Source: Candidatus Woesebacteria bacterium GW2011_GWF1_31_35 (GTDB lineage: Bacteria > Patescibacteriota > Microgenomatia > UBA8517). Taken from it: a stretch of DNA of 64,000 nt. The DNA is taken from NCBI GenBank assembly GCA_001029755.1, contig CP011214.1, positions 711,258 to 775,257 on the forward strand, in the 5' to 3' direction. This document shows, piece by piece, positions 49,036 through 59,774 of this stretch. The position numbers and the translations under genes were made by a program. The notes beneath the pieces were generated by a model, which ran no database searches, was not told where the DNA came from, and was given only the letters and a program-made list of their open reading frames with translations. Position 1 is the first letter of the stretch. Each line of letters opens with the position of its first letter.

Positions 49036-50065
49036 TTTCAACTAGGTACTTATGATTAAAGCTTATTTTACTACATTTTGCAATTGCAGATGTCAAACTT
49101 TTAATATTTTGGTCCTCAAATAAAACCCCAGTCATGCCATCCACTACTGTATCTTTTGCTCCACCCCTATTGTATGCAATAACTGGGACACCAAAACTTT
49201 GAGCCTCAATTGAAGTCATACCAAAATCCTCTTCTTGAGACATAATTAATGCTTTAGCATTTTTATAGTACTCACACAATTCTTTGTCAGAAATATTTCT
49301 AACAAATTTAATATTATTTTTTGCTCTAAGCTTTAAATTATTAAATTCCAAACCATTTCCAACTATAACGAGAGGAAGTTTTAACTTATTAAATGTATCG
49401 ACAACTAAATCGACTTTTTTGTAAGTAACTAATCTACTTACAACAAGGTGATATTTTCCTTCTTTAAAATCTATCTTTTCTTCAAGATTTTTAGATAAAT
49501 TGACAGGTGGAAAAATTATTTGACTTATCTTTCCATAATAATTTTTTATTCTCCTTTGAACTTCAGTAGAAATTGCAATTATTTCATCTGGTTTATTACT
49601 TGCAATTTTGTCCCAATCTTTTAAATAATTAACAACTGGTTTAGAAAAAAATTTCAAGATTGGATTTTTAAAATACAAATTGTAATGACTCCAGAGATAT
49701 CGAGTGGGAGTCAAAAGATAACAAACATGAAGAGTGGCAGGTTTTGTAATAATTCCCTTAGCTGCTTCAGATGTAACTGATATGACTAAATCATATTTAC
49801 TAAAATCAAATGTCTCAAAGGCTAGAGGCATCAAGTAACCTATATATTCATGGTTACTTTTTGCAAAAGGAATATTTTGTAAAAAAGTAGTATAAATTTT
49901 TGGGAAGACTTTTGCCCAAGAAGCACGACTAGGATCATAAACAGCTGTATAAAGTGGAGCTCTTGGAAACATCTCATGAAGTGTTAAAAGTGCTCTTTCT
50001 GCTCCCCCCCATTTATTTACCCTATCATAAACAATTGCAACATTTTTGTTATCTAATAGATTCAT
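48926..50065 (-). CDS. GT4 glycosyltransferase (WbaZ-like mannosyltransferase)
   Basis: GGAER, TPTRYLW, SRLV.YK, EDFG...IEA. Confidence 0.9.
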   Translation of the reverse strand: MNLLDNKNVAIVYDRVNKWGGAERALLTLHEMFPRAPLYTAVYDPSRASWAKVFPKIYTTFLQNIPFAKSNHEYIGYLMPLAFETFDFSKYDLVISVTSEAAKGIITKPATLHVCYLLTPTRYLWSHYNLYFKNPILKFFSKPVVNYLKDWDKIASNKPDEIIAISTEVQRRIKNYYGKISQIIFPPVNLSKNLEEKIDFKEGKYHLVVSRLVTYKKVDLVVDTFNKLKLPLVIVGNGLEFNNLKLRAKNNIKFVRNISDKELCEYYKNAKALIMSQEEDFGMTSIEAQSFGVPVIAYNRGGAKDTVVDGMTGVLFEDQNIKSLTSAIAKCSKISFNHKYLVENAKNFSKERFKENLQRSLVRAYTSRGWGNSSLAKIS

Positions 50066-51134
50066 AAATTTTTATAGTTTCTAAAGTCGTTTTTTCCCAT
50101 GAATATTTTAAAATAAATTTCTGACCATCTTGAATCATTTGTAATCTTTTAAGAGAATTAATTTTTAAAGCTTCATTGATAGCATTAGCTATTGAATCTG
50201 AACTATTAGGGTCAAAATAAATTGCATTATTTTTATAAACTTCTTTGAATACAGGAATATTTGATGCTAAAAGTAATGTTCCTGAAGATAATGCTTCTAA
50301 ACCTTGAAACCCAAATCCTTCAATTAATGATGGATAAATAAATCCAACTGAATCTTGGTATAATTTTACAATTTCTAAGTCATCTAAAAACCCTAAAACT
50401 TTAACATATTTTTCTAATTTCTTTTCTTTAATAATATTAATAAGATTTTTACTAAAACTATTTTTAGAAGTACTTATTTTTAAGGTAACTTTAGAAAGTC
50501 CAATCGCATCAATTAATTTTGTTAAATTTTTATGTGGATAAGCATTTCCCACATAAACAAAATATTTTTTAGTTATACTTTGTAAATTAGGCTTCAAAAT
50601 TTTATAATCTAAACCTAGATAACTAACTTTAATTTTTTCCAAATCTAATTTAAAAAAATCATTAAGTTCATCTTTAACAGTCTCTGATGGAACAATAATC
50701 TTATTAGAATTAATTAAAGCATTTTTAAAAACAAATTTATAAACAAATCTTTTAATTAAATAGTAGATCGGATTAAGAGTAGTTGTTTCCAGGCCTTTAG
50801 ATTTATGCATTATCATGTCATGAATTGTTACTACGTAAGGCTTTGGAGTTAAAAGTGGGGCGTTAAAATGAAGGAAATGAGAAAGGTCTGGTTTTTCTTT
50901 AAATATTATAAATGGAATAGTAATCTGTTCTAAAAAACTATATGGTTTTAAGTCAACCAAAATCTTTTTAAAATTTTTGGGGAAACTTAACTCCTCAAAA
51001 TATTTTTTACGCAGTAAAACTGTATACTCATTGTTTTTATCAATTGAGGATAAATTATTTAACAAATTTATGGTATATCTACCTAAGCCACCATTTTCTA
51101 ATCCATAAAATCGACAGTCTAGGAGTATCTTCAT
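50049..51134 (-). CDS. GT4 glycosyltransferase
   Basis: GLGRY, TIHD, HKN, PSLIEGFG...LEA. Confidence 0.92.
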   Translation of the reverse strand: MKILLDCRFYGLENGGLGRYTINLLNNLSSIDKNNEYTVLLRKKYFEELSFPKNFKKILVDLKPYSFLEQITIPFIIFKEKPDLSHFLHFNAPLLTPKPYVVTIHDMIMHKSKGLETTTLNPIYYLIKRFVYKFVFKNALINSNKIIVPSETVKDELNDFFKLDLEKIKVSYLGLDYKILKPNLQSITKKYFVYVGNAYPHKNLTKLIDAIGLSKVTLKISTSKNSFSKNLINIIKEKKLEKYVKVLGFLDDLEIVKLYQDSVGFIYPSLIEGFGFQGLEALSSGTLLLASNIPVFKEVYKNNAIYFDPNSSDSIANAINEALKINSLKRLQMIQDGQKFILKYSWEKTTLETIKIYESIR

Positions 51135-51146
51135 CTTTTTTTTAAT

Positions 51147-52022
51147 TTAAGAGGTTAGTCTTACTTTGATAAACCTTACAACTTTAAATAACTTAATTCC
51201 TAAAATAACAAAATAAGAAAATAAAAGTGGATAATTATTCCAGAGATTTTTTCTATAAAACCTTTCCATTGAAGCAACTCCTGCTAGACGAAGTTTCATT
51301 TTTTGTTTTGGATCAACTTTATGATTCCATTTTTTAACCTTACCTTTGGTTACACCTTTTAAATGTGTTATGTAAGTATCTGGATAATAAACAAGTTTAT
51401 ATCCAGCTTTATGTATTTGATAACAAAGATCGATATCTTCTCCATCAAAAAAATACTCTTCATCAAACCATCCAACCTTATCTAAAATTTTCTTCCATGT
51501 CAAAAAGAAAGCTCCTTGAATAGCATCAACTTCATGAGTTGCATTCTCTGGAATAGACTCATAATAATACTCTTTATTCATTTTTAAAATTAAATGACTA
51601 AATGAAATCCACGGAGTAGGAAATCTTCTTCTTATGTCTTTATCAATTTTTCCATTTTGTAAGACTAATTTACAAGTTACTGCACCAACATCAGTGTGTT
51701 CTTCTAAATATCTAACAGTTTTTAAAAATACATCTTTATGAACTACAGTATCAGGGTTTAAGAAAAGTACCATTTCACCATTGACTAAATTTTTAGCTCT
51801 ATTGTTTCCTTTGGAAAAACCACTATTAGGCCCTTCGGTTAATTTTACCCAAGGAAAATTTTTTCTAATCATATCTGGACCACCATCAGTTGAAGCGTTA
51901 TCAGAAACAATAACTTCCATAGATACTTCGTCCATATAAGTTTTTACAGATCTTAAACAATCTGCTAAAAGTTCTTTTGTATTGTAATTAAGAATTATTA
52001 CTGATAGCTTTGGTTTGTTCAT
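51147..52022 (-). CDS. GT2 glycosyltransferase (WbbL-like)
   Basis: SVIILNYN, DNASTD, GFSKGNN, LNPDT, FDE.YF..GED.D. Confidence 0.9.
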   Translation of the reverse strand: MNKPKLSVIILNYNTKELLADCLRSVKTYMDEVSMEVIVSDNASTDGGPDMIRKNFPWVKLTEGPNSGFSKGNNRAKNLVNGEMVLFLNPDTVVHKDVFLKTVRYLEEHTDVGAVTCKLVLQNGKIDKDIRRRFPTPWISFSHLILKMNKEYYYESIPENATHEVDAIQGAFFLTWKKILDKVGWFDEEYFFDGEDIDLCYQIHKAGYKLVYYPDTYITHLKGVTKGKVKKWNHKVDPKQKMKLRLAGVASMERFYRKNLWNNYPLLFSYFVILGIKLFKVVRFIKVRLTS

Positions 52023-53199
52023 ATATTTTATCTAAGTATTCCCCCATTTTATACCAACTATATTTTTCTTCAACTAGTCTTCTTGCATTATTGGCAATTA
52101 TTTCTGCTAATTTTATATTTGATAGTATTTCAAGGGTAGCTTTAGCTATGTCCTCGGGCGTATCTCTTACAATAATATTAACGCCATCCCTAGCACCTAA
52201 CCCTTCTGCTCCAACTGAAGTAGTAATAAGTGGAAGTTTAGCCGCCATTGCACCAAAATGTTTAAGTCTAGTTCCGCCTGGACCCCTTAGAGGAGAAACA
52301 AATACTGAAGATTCATAATAAGCTTGTCTTATTCCGTCTTGATCATCTTCTTTTAAATTTCTAACAATAATATTTTTTGAAGCTTTAGAAATTATGTTTT
52401 CAGGAACATATTGGCCAACTATTAAAATCTTAGCTTTTGAATTTTTCTTTAACACAACTGGAAATACTTTCTCTAAAAGAAGTTCCGCAGCCTCAGCATT
52501 TTGTAACCATTTAAAATTCGCAACAAATAATATTTTTTGGTCTTTTTCATCCCAATTAGTTTTTATTTTAAAAAATGAAAGATTTACTCCATTAGGGACT
52601 AAATCAACAGAAAGATTTGAAACTAATTTAAGCATTTCCCCTTTATCAGCTTCTGATACTGCCACCACTCCATCAGCTTTTTTCCAAAAATTTGTTTCCC
52701 AAAACTTTAGTTTGGTTACATCAATTGAAAGAAGCCATTTTAAAAGTGGATTTTTTATACTTTCAACATAATGTTTATAAACTAAGTATTCAATTGTTTG
52801 TTCAACTAATAAAATTGGGATCTTCGTGTTTGGGATATGAGGCATTACATAAAAAGTTTCCGCATGAATTAAGTCATAATGATTTTTCTCTATTTCTTCT
52901 TTTACTGCATATTTTTCTTTTGGTGAAAGATTTCTTATAACCAAAAATGGATAGGGACCAAATCCTGTTAATAAAATGTTTCTTAAAGTCCAGGGAGACT
53001 TGGACCTTTTGAAGACTTTAATTTCTTTACAATATTTTTCTAATTCTTTGGTAAAACGTTTTTCTGAATCATCTTTAATTAAAGAAAAAAGAGTAATCTC
53101 ATGTTTTTTACTTAAATCTTTAATTAAATTGTAAGAACGAATTTGTCCTCCTGAAGAATCAGGAAAAGGTAGGTAGGGAGTAAGCATTAAAATTTTCAT
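51988..53199 (-). CDS. GT4 glycosyltransferase
   Basis: P.P.SSGGQIR, VS, PNGV, N, P...GGTRLK, TSVGAEG. Confidence 0.88.
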   Translation of the reverse strand: MKILMLTPYLPFPDSSGGQIRSYNLIKDLSKKHEITLFSLIKDDSEKRFTKELEKYCKEIKVFKRSKSPWTLRNILLTGFGPYPFLVIRNLSPKEKYAVKEEIEKNHYDLIHAETFYVMPHIPNTKIPILLVEQTIEYLVYKHYVESIKNPLLKWLLSIDVTKLKFWETNFWKKADGVVAVSEADKGEMLKLVSNLSVDLVPNGVNLSFFKIKTNWDEKDQKILFVANFKWLQNAEAAELLLEKVFPVVLKKNSKAKILIVGQYVPENIISKASKNIIVRNLKEDDQDGIRQAYYESSVFVSPLRGPGGTRLKHFGAMAAKLPLITTSVGAEGLGARDGVNIIVRDTPEDIAKATLEILSNIKLAEIIANNARRLVEEKYSWYKMGEYLDKIYEQTKAISNNS

Positions 53200-53206
53200 A
53201 TTTTAA

Positions 53207-54631
53207 TTATTTATTTACTAATTCTTTATGTAAATCAAGAATTATGTATTTACTAGTTTTTTGTAATGTCACAAATCTTTTTTCAAAATCAGTTGTATCT
53301 TTTGAACCCAAATCGATCGAAACATAATAATCTGCTCCTCTTTCTATAATATTATCAATTGAAGCGTCAATTGCTGGCCAGCCTTTTCTGTTCATTTGAT
53401 ATAAAAATGCCGTATCTCCTGTATAGGGAGCAATTATTAAAGCGTCTTCAGGAAGTTTAGTATCAACAATTTTTCCCACCTCAATTAATTCAGGGTGATT
53501 TATTTGATAAAAGGGCTTGATTTTATCCCAACCAATTATCATCATAATAAGTATTGATAAAAATAGAATTATTTTAGACTTTTTCCAAAGCCAAATTGAT
53601 CCCAAAGACAGCATAAGTGAAATTGCAGGTATAGTCATAATCTGATAATAATCATGTCTAACATTAGCTGTAGCTACTACTGTTACATAAAGAAACATTC
53701 CTAAAATAAAATGTAGAGAAAATTTGTTTTTAAATTTAGCAATTATTCCTCCAAAAAATGGAACTAATCCCCAAGTACCTAATATCAATATCCCCAGTCT
53801 CTCTCCAAATATCCATCTAAAAAATGCTGGGTGAAACCTTATTCTATCTCCATTAAAAGCCCACTTAAAAAATGGGATTCCTTCTGGAAAATTTGATATC
53901 CAAAAACGCCATAATAAAAGAGGTAAAAATGTAATTAAAGAAAATATTACTAACTTTTTAAATAATTTTACTTTCCACCAAAAAATTGGGATAAATGGAA
54001 TGAAATAAAAAATAAAGAATGGTTTAATAAGTAAACTTAATGAAAAAAGAATACCAGATAGAATTAAATTTAAATAATCTTCTTTTTTAGAAAAACAAAT
54101 TAAAAAATACATTCCAGAAAGAGCAAATGAAACACCTAATGATTCAGGAAGTACTGTCCGCGTAAAAAATATGTTATAGGGAATGATTAAATAAAAAAAC
54201 GATGCAATCAAACCAATTCTTGATGAATAAATTTTTTTGCCTATTAAAAAGAGGAAGCAAGCTGAGATTAGGGCGAATAATACTGATAATAATCTTCCCC
54301 AGGTTTCTAAATTAAAAAAACCTACAAAAGAGAATGCAGTTGCATGAACTGCATTATAAATCGGGAACTCAACCATTCTCAAGCCTTTTGGATTATCGAT
54401 TCCACTTTGTATACTACTTATGTCGTCATAAGTAGGGTAAAGCATGTTTATACCATTTTTAATAAAATTACGAGATACCGCAGAAGTATCCGATTGTCGC
54501 CAAGAATGCCAGTCAGCAATTGGATTATTGATTTTATAAAGCCTTATAATTAAGCCTAAAAGAACTATTAATGAAAGAATAAAATACTCATTTTTCACGA
54601 GAGTCTTTAAACGTATAAATATATTGTTCAT
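53207..54631 (-). CDS. GT39/ArnT-like (GT-C) membrane glycosyltransferase
   Basis: WRQSDT, EFP, GR..S, PE, K-P, HDYYQ; multi-TM. Confidence 0.82.
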   Translation of the reverse strand: MNNIFIRLKTLVKNEYFILSLIVLLGLIIRLYKINNPIADWHSWRQSDTSAVSRNFIKNGINMLYPTYDDISSIQSGIDNPKGLRMVEFPIYNAVHATAFSFVGFFNLETWGRLLSVLFALISACFLFLIGKKIYSSRIGLIASFFYLIIPYNIFFTRTVLPESLGVSFALSGMYFLICFSKKEDYLNLILSGILFSLSLLIKPFFIFYFIPFIPIFWWKVKLFKKLVIFSLITFLPLLLWRFWISNFPEGIPFFKWAFNGDRIRFHPAFFRWIFGERLGILILGTWGLVPFFGGIIAKFKNKFSLHFILGMFLYVTVVATANVRHDYYQIMTIPAISLMLSLGSIWLWKKSKIILFLSILIMMIIGWDKIKPFYQINHPELIEVGKIVDTKLPEDALIIAPYTGDTAFLYQMNRKGWPAIDASIDNIIERGADYYVSIDLGSKDTTDFEKRFVTLQKTSKYIILDLHKELVNK

Positions 54632-55974
54632 ATTAATTTAATTTTGTTTTTAGTATTACTAAGTCGACCAATCATTAATCCCATCATTAACCAAAAAATT
54701 ATAGCAAATTTAGAAGCTTCAAATATATCAATAAAAAAAGCTGTTAATAAAATACCTATTGTTGAACCTATTAAACTTGTAATTAATATTAAATCAAAAC
54801 CTTCAAAATATCTTTCGAGTGGCCACATATTTTTAATAGATTTAAATATATGAATAAATATTAACCCAAAAGCAAAAAAACCTAATAATCCTACTTCTCC
54901 CAATAATCTTAAATAATCATTATCGGTTGCAAGATTAATTGATGAATATCCAGTTCCAAGAAGTGGGTTTTTTGTAAATGCTCTAACAGCTCTGGGCCAT
55001 TCTACATTAAATCTTATTGAAGTTGATCTATCCTCAAAAACTTGAACTTCCTCTGTGTCCGCGGCTATTACAATTGATTGAACAGTTGATATTTTATTTA
55101 AAGTCACGTCAATAAGTCTTTTAAATCTCACACGAAGGTCAGCAGAAAATCCAAAAATTAATGCACTTATTAGAAAGATAACCAATATTTCCTTATATTT
55201 TTTAAGTAAATAAAGAGTAATTACACTAGCTAAAACAAATGAAACAATTGAAATCCGCGAAACTGCCGATGAAAAAAGCCAAAAACCAAAACCAATTGAT
55301 ATAGCCAATATTATTTTTGTAAATTTATTTTTTAACGTAAAAAAACAGGCTATAAAAATTGGGATCGTTAATACTAGATATGAAGCAAGATCATAATGAC
55401 CAGCAAATGTTGAATTAATATGTGACCCTGGTGTCCAAAGAAGTGCAATTCCTTTTGAGTATTCTTCATTCTGAGTAATAATTACCGGCAGGCTGAAATA
55501 TTTTTGTCCAAAACCATACAAAAATACCAATAAATTAACTAAAAGAAGAATTTTAATTAAATATTCTGAGAAATTTTTGTCCTCATTAGACTTTAAATAT
55601 AAAAATCCAACAAAGAACATTGATAAATACTCAATTCTTCGTAATAAATGTAAGAAACCTATACTAGATACAACAGTTTTAGTTAAATAAAGTCCCGATA
55701 TTAGTGAAATTAAACCTATACCTAAAAATATTAAAATAGATCTTAAAATTTTATTTGAAAGTATATTTTTAAAAAACTCTTTTCTAAAATTTTTAATTAG
55801 TGGAATAGAAAATAAAACCAATGTAATTGCAATTAAAAAATCTTCCAATCGAATTGAAACATATGTTCCAGGAATTCTAAAAAGTGGAAACTTAGGATAC
55901 AGTGGAACTGAAATTAATATTGCAGTTATTAAATATTTATATAAAGAATTAGATATTTTTAAGAATTTTTGCAT
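54628..55974 (-). CDS. O-antigen ligase-like membrane protein
   Basis: STF.GH, SR, R...W..A...F..NPLLGTG, DNDYLR.LGE.G. Confidence 0.8.
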   Translation of the reverse strand: MQKFLKISNSLYKYLITAILISVPLYPKFPLFRIPGTYVSIRLEDFLIAITLVLFSIPLIKNFRKEFFKNILSNKILRSILIFLGIGLISLISGLYLTKTVVSSIGFLHLLRRIEYLSMFFVGFLYLKSNEDKNFSEYLIKILLLVNLLVFLYGFGQKYFSLPVIITQNEEYSKGIALLWTPGSHINSTFAGHYDLASYLVLTIPIFIACFFTLKNKFTKIILAISIGFGFWLFSSAVSRISIVSFVLASVITLYLLKKYKEILVIFLISALIFGFSADLRVRFKRLIDVTLNKISTVQSIVIAADTEEVQVFEDRSTSIRFNVEWPRAVRAFTKNPLLGTGYSSINLATDNDYLRLLGEVGLLGFFAFGLIFIHIFKSIKNMWPLERYFEGFDLILITSLIGSTIGILLTAFFIDIFEASKFAIIFWLMMGLMIGRLSNTKNKIKLI

Positions 55975-56875
55975 AAATCTTGGCTATATCTGGCTTTGAT
56001 AAACCATAGAATAAAATTCTAATAAATGCCCCAAATTTTAGGGTAAAAGTTAATATTGGTAATTGCCAATTCGGCATATGTTTTTTGTAAAAAAGTTTTA
56101 AATTTTGCATTTCCATTGTCATTGCTTTTTCACTACCTGTCGTAATCATTCCATAGTGTAAAGTCTTCCATTTTGGTAGATACCAAACTTCCCAACCAAC
56201 CTTAACAAATCTATATGCAAGTTCTACTTCTTCAACATATAAAAAGAAATCTTCATCAAAAAATCCTGCCATATCCATTGCTTCTCTTCGCATAAAGAAA
56301 AATGCTCCTGTAACCCAATCTTGTTTATGAATCTTTTTAAAGTAATCTTCGTTTGTGTGAAAAAATGAGAATCCATGCATCGGGTGATATGGTTTAATTA
56401 TTTTATCTATATATGGAATATCATCCAAAAACGTCATCCAAGCAATAACTCTTGAAAGAGTTGGAAAATATCCACCTGAACCTTGATATGTTTTCTCATC
56501 AGGATTTACCAAAGCGCAAGAAGATAGACCTACTTTAGGATGCAAATCCATCCAAGCAATCATTTCTTTAAATATATTTTTGTTTAATATCTTAGTATCA
56601 TCGTTTAAAAGAAGAATGTATTTTCCCTTGGCAATTTTCATGCCCATATTATTGTTTTCACCAAAACCTCCATTTACTTCTCTTCTTATTATTTTTACCT
56701 CAGGAAATTTTACTTTTATTTGTTCTCCCACTTTATCTTGTGAAGCATTATCAACAATAATAATTTCGTTTTTAATTCCTTTTAAGGCTAAATATGCGGT
56801 TTTTAAACAATCAGTCAAATAATCAATCTTTGAAGATATTATTACAATAGATAACTGTATTTCATTTTTTGACAT
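55949..56875 (-). CDS. GT2 glycosyltransferase (WbbL-like)
   Basis: VDNAS, GFG..NN, LLNDDT, DWVTGA, FDEDFFLYVEE. Confidence 0.9.
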   Translation of the reverse strand: MSKNEIQLSIVIISSKIDYLTDCLKTAYLALKGIKNEIIIVDNASQDKVGEQIKVKFPEVKIIRREVNGGFGENNNMGMKIAKGKYILLLNDDTKILNKNIFKEMIAWMDLHPKVGLSSCALVNPDEKTYQGSGGYFPTLSRVIAWMTFLDDIPYIDKIIKPYHPMHGFSFFHTNEDYFKKIHKQDWVTGAFFFMRREAMDMAGFFDEDFFLYVEEVELAYRFVKVGWEVWYLPKWKTLHYGMITTGSEKAMTMEMQNLKLFYKKHMPNWQLPILTFTLKFGAFIRILFYGLSKPDIAKIYAKILKNI

Positions 56876-57374
56876 AGCTGTATTCTCTCACTAAAACAAA
56901 TGTAGTCGCAAGAGTTAAACCTAATACTAAAAATCTAATCCAAATTGAACTTGGAACATACCTTATAATTATTTTTTGTCTCCAGTTTCTACCTTCAATA
57001 ATTATAGTATCTTTTTTAAGTTTTGGTTCAAAACCGTTAATATAAATTGATTCTCTCAAAGGATGGACAATTTCTTCTAAGAAGGTGCTCATTGTTTGAT
57101 CTCTTATAATAGTTTGTGATTCTTCAGGTGGGTAATTTAATCTTGGAGTATAAATATTAAAACCTTTATTGAATTCTTTTTTGTAATGATTAATAACTTC
57201 TTCTCTGGTCAAATTTGTAAAATAAGCTCGTCTTAATGAAGTTTCAGAATCGGCAGGTTCTTTTGATCGTAAAGAATCAGTAGGAGGCTCTGGAAATTCC
57301 GGGTTGGGTAAATTTACATAGACAAAAAGTAAAACACTAGAAATAAAAAATAAAATAACTAATAATTTCTTCAT
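56862..57374 (-). CDS. Hypothetical membrane protein
   Basis: N- and C-terminal TM helices; translationally coupled within the glycan operon. Confidence 0.75.
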   Translation of the reverse strand: MKKLLVILFFISSVLLFVYVNLPNPEFPEPPTDSLRSKEPADSETSLRRAYFTNLTREEVINHYKKEFNKGFNIYTPRLNYPPEESQTIIRDQTMSTFLEEIVHPLRESIYINGFEPKLKKDTIIIEGRNWRQKIIIRYVPSSIWIRFLVLGLTLATTFVLVREYSYVKK

Positions 57375-57977
57375 TTATTGGAATAATCTAGCACGACCAA
57401 GTTTATAATTTAAATCTTTAATTGGTCTTTCACCAATTAATTTTGCAGGAACTCCGCCTACAATTGTAAAATCCTCTACATCTTTAGTAACCACAGCTCC
57501 TCCTGCGATGACTGCCCCTTTACCAATCTTTACTCCAGGCATTATGGTTACTCTTGGACCTATGAATACATAGTCCCCAATTTCAACAGGAGCTAAGATA
57601 GCTGAAAAATCAACTTTTCCTAAATCATGTTCTGAATTATAAATCATTACAGAGGAAGCTATATCAACATGATTTCCTATTGTTAGTTTATCTCTACCAT
57701 CTAAAAATGCATGATCCCCAATAATTGTGTCTTCTCCTATTGTTATATTTTTAGGATCAAAGAAACTTGCCCACATATGAATAGTTGATCCTTTTCCTAT
57801 TTTTATTCCAAAAATTCTATATTTTAAATTTCTAACAGAATGAGAAGGGAAATGACCAATCCAGCGAAGCAACATAAGTGTGAAGTCTAACCAATAATTG
57901 CTAAGTCTATCTACTATTTTAAGTATAGCCTCATTAAATTTTAATTCTTTTCCGTTTTTATCTTTTAAAAATGTCAT
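57375..57977 (-). CDS. Hexapeptide-repeat O-acetyltransferase
   Basis: IG repeats, [25 protein letters not shown]. Confidence 0.92.
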   Translation of the reverse strand: MTFLKDKNGKELKFNEAILKIVDRLSNYWLDFTLMLLRWIGHFPSHSVRNLKYRIFGIKIGKGSTIHMWASFFDPKNITIGEDTIIGDHAFLDGRDKLTIGNHVDIASSVMIYNSEHDLGKVDFSAILAPVEIGDYVFIGPRVTIMPGVKIGKGAVIAGGAVVTKDVEDFTIVGGVPAKLIGERPIKDLNYKLGRARLFQ

Positions 57978-57985
57978 ATTTAAAA

Positions 57986-59104
57986 TTATTTACTTTTTAA
58001 AATTATTTCTAATGTTTTCTTGCTACAGACTTCCCAGGAGAACTTTTTAGCCTGGGCAAGACCTTTTTCAACTAACTCATTATATTCTAATTCACTCATA
58101 TTTAATACTTTTTCAATACCTTCTCTAATACTTTTCACACTATCAGGATCAATTAATATGCCTGCTTCTCCTACAACTTCAGACAATGACCCTACATTAG
58201 AAGCAACAACTGGCACTCCTAAGGCCATGCTAGTGACAATATCTAATCCGAACCCTTCCCAAAAAGAAGGAAGAATAAAGACTTTAGCACCTTTAATAAG
58301 TGCTGGTTTGTCTTCTTCTGGAAAAAAATCAGTAAAAATAACTCTGTCTTCTAATTTTAATTTCTTAACTCTTTCAAAAATCTCTCCATACATCCAACCT
58401 TTCTTGCCAGCGATGACTAACTTGATATTTTTAGCAATTTCAGAAAAAGCATCTATCAATCCAATAATATTTTTTGATGGTTTAAGGGTTCCAAGATAAA
58501 GAATATAGTCATCAACTATGGAGTATCTATTTTTGATTCGTCGTACAAGGTCATCAGAAATTTCGATTTTAGATTTATCTCTCTCGTATCCTAATAGCGT
58601 AACTGTAGTTTTTTTTGATGCAAAAGGATAATGTCGTACAATATCCTTTTTAGTACTTTCTGATATAGTAAGTATCTGTTTGGAGACCAAAATACTAATA
58701 GCACTCCAGCACTTTAACTGCCAAAGTACCTTTTTTTCAAATTGTCCCGAAAACTTGAGGTAACCTAGATCCATTATTGAACATACGCGAGGAATTGTCA
58801 ATAATGGGGGTGTGTAATGACTTGGAGAGAATAAAACTTCAATTTTTTCAGGATTTCTAAAAAGGTAAGGGGTTAGTTTTGTAATTATCCAGAGTCCTCC
58901 TCCCGGAATTACCTTTATTTTAAAATTTTCTCTTTCTTTTGGAAGATCTTCTAAAGGTACATTTTTAAGATAAACTATGAGATTATGTTCATAAGGCTTA
59001 TTTTGAGTTAATTTGTATAATCCCCAAATCATTTCAAATGCATATTTATTAACCCCTACTCTATTTTTTACATTTGCTTCATTTCCATCAATTCCTATTA
59101 TCAT
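57986..59104 (-). CDS. GT4 glycosyltransferase
   Basis: [23 protein letters not shown]. Confidence 0.92.
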   Translation of the reverse strand: MIIGIDGNEANVKNRVGVNKYAFEMIWGLYKLTQNKPYEHNLIVYLKNVPLEDLPKERENFKIKVIPGGGLWIITKLTPYLFRNPEKIEVLFSPSHYTPPLLTIPRVCSIMDLGYLKFSGQFEKKVLWQLKCWSAISILVSKQILTISESTKKDIVRHYPFASKKTTVTLLGYERDKSKIEISDDLVRRIKNRYSIVDDYILYLGTLKPSKNIIGLIDAFSEIAKNIKLVIAGKKGWMYGEIFERVKKLKLEDRVIFTDFFPEEDKPALIKGAKVFILPSFWEGFGLDIVTSMALGVPVVASNVGSLSEVVGEAGILIDPDSVKSIREGIEKVLNMSELEYNELVEKGLAQAKKFSWEVCSKKTLEIILKSK

Positions 59105-59113
59105 TATAATAAT

Positions 59114-59395
59114 TTAAACAAATTTTGCTCTATGCGACAAGATATTTCCAAGAGTCATAAGGCTTTCTGCATTATTTTTTAAATCTCTCTTCGCAACAAG
59201 GTAAGATCTTAAGAAAAAATCCCAGGTTTTTTGAAATCTAGAATTTACTCCTCCCACTTTACCTATATAACTATCAGTATTCTGTATAAAAATGTTAATT
59301 TTTCTATTATTCCTGTCAAAATCATCGGCAACCCAATTACCGATACGATTTAGGTTCATAGCTATATCCATTACTAGTTGTTTTTGTTCACTCAT
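59114..59395 (-). CDS. Small helical hypothetical protein
   Basis: 93 aa; ATGA-coupled to the DUF5674-like gene. Confidence 0.7.
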   Translation of the reverse strand: MSEQKQLVMDIAMNLNRIGNWVADDFDRNNRKINIFIQNTDSYIGKVGGVNSRFQKTWDFFLRSYLVAKRDLKNNAESLMTLGNILSHRAKFV

Positions 59396-59724
59396 TTTAA
59401 AATTTTATTAACAATCATATTAAATTTTCCTCTTATTTCTTTCAAAAGTATGTCACGGCTAGGATTTTCTTGATTTGGTCTTAAATTTATCATAGAATTA
59501 TAATCAATTTCACCTGTCTCTAAATCTAAACCACCTCCCCATAAATTAACTTGAATAGATCCATCTTTTAGAAGTTCTTGTTCCTCGTCTACATGTCTAT
59601 CCGCTCCAGCACATAAAATCTCTTTTTCTATATCAACTACCACTTTCACATATCCTTGAAAATGTTCTCTGATCTCCAAAAGTTCATCTTTAGTAGCTTT
59701 CGTAGTCAAAATCAGCACCTTCAT
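59392..59724 (-). CDS. DUF5674-like protein
   Basis: K.VVDIEK...G...H.D.E..LL..GS....LWGG....S.INLRP.Q.N..DI. Confidence 0.75.
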   Translation of the reverse strand: MKVLILTTKATKDELLEIREHFQGYVKVVVDIEKEILCAGADRHVDEEQELLKDGSIQVNLWGGGLDLETGEIDYNSMINLRPNQENPSRDILLKEIRGKFNMIVNKILK

Positions 59725-59730
59725 ATTTAG

Positions 59731-59768
59731 ATTGTATCATTGACTAAAAATTAAGTCAGTAATAATAT
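59731..59768. promoter_or_regulatory. Interlocked divergent promoters
   Basis: Plus: TTGACT-17-TAATAT-6-ATG; minus: CTGACT-17-TACAAT-6-ATG. Confidence 0.7.
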
Positions 59769-59774
59769 GAATTC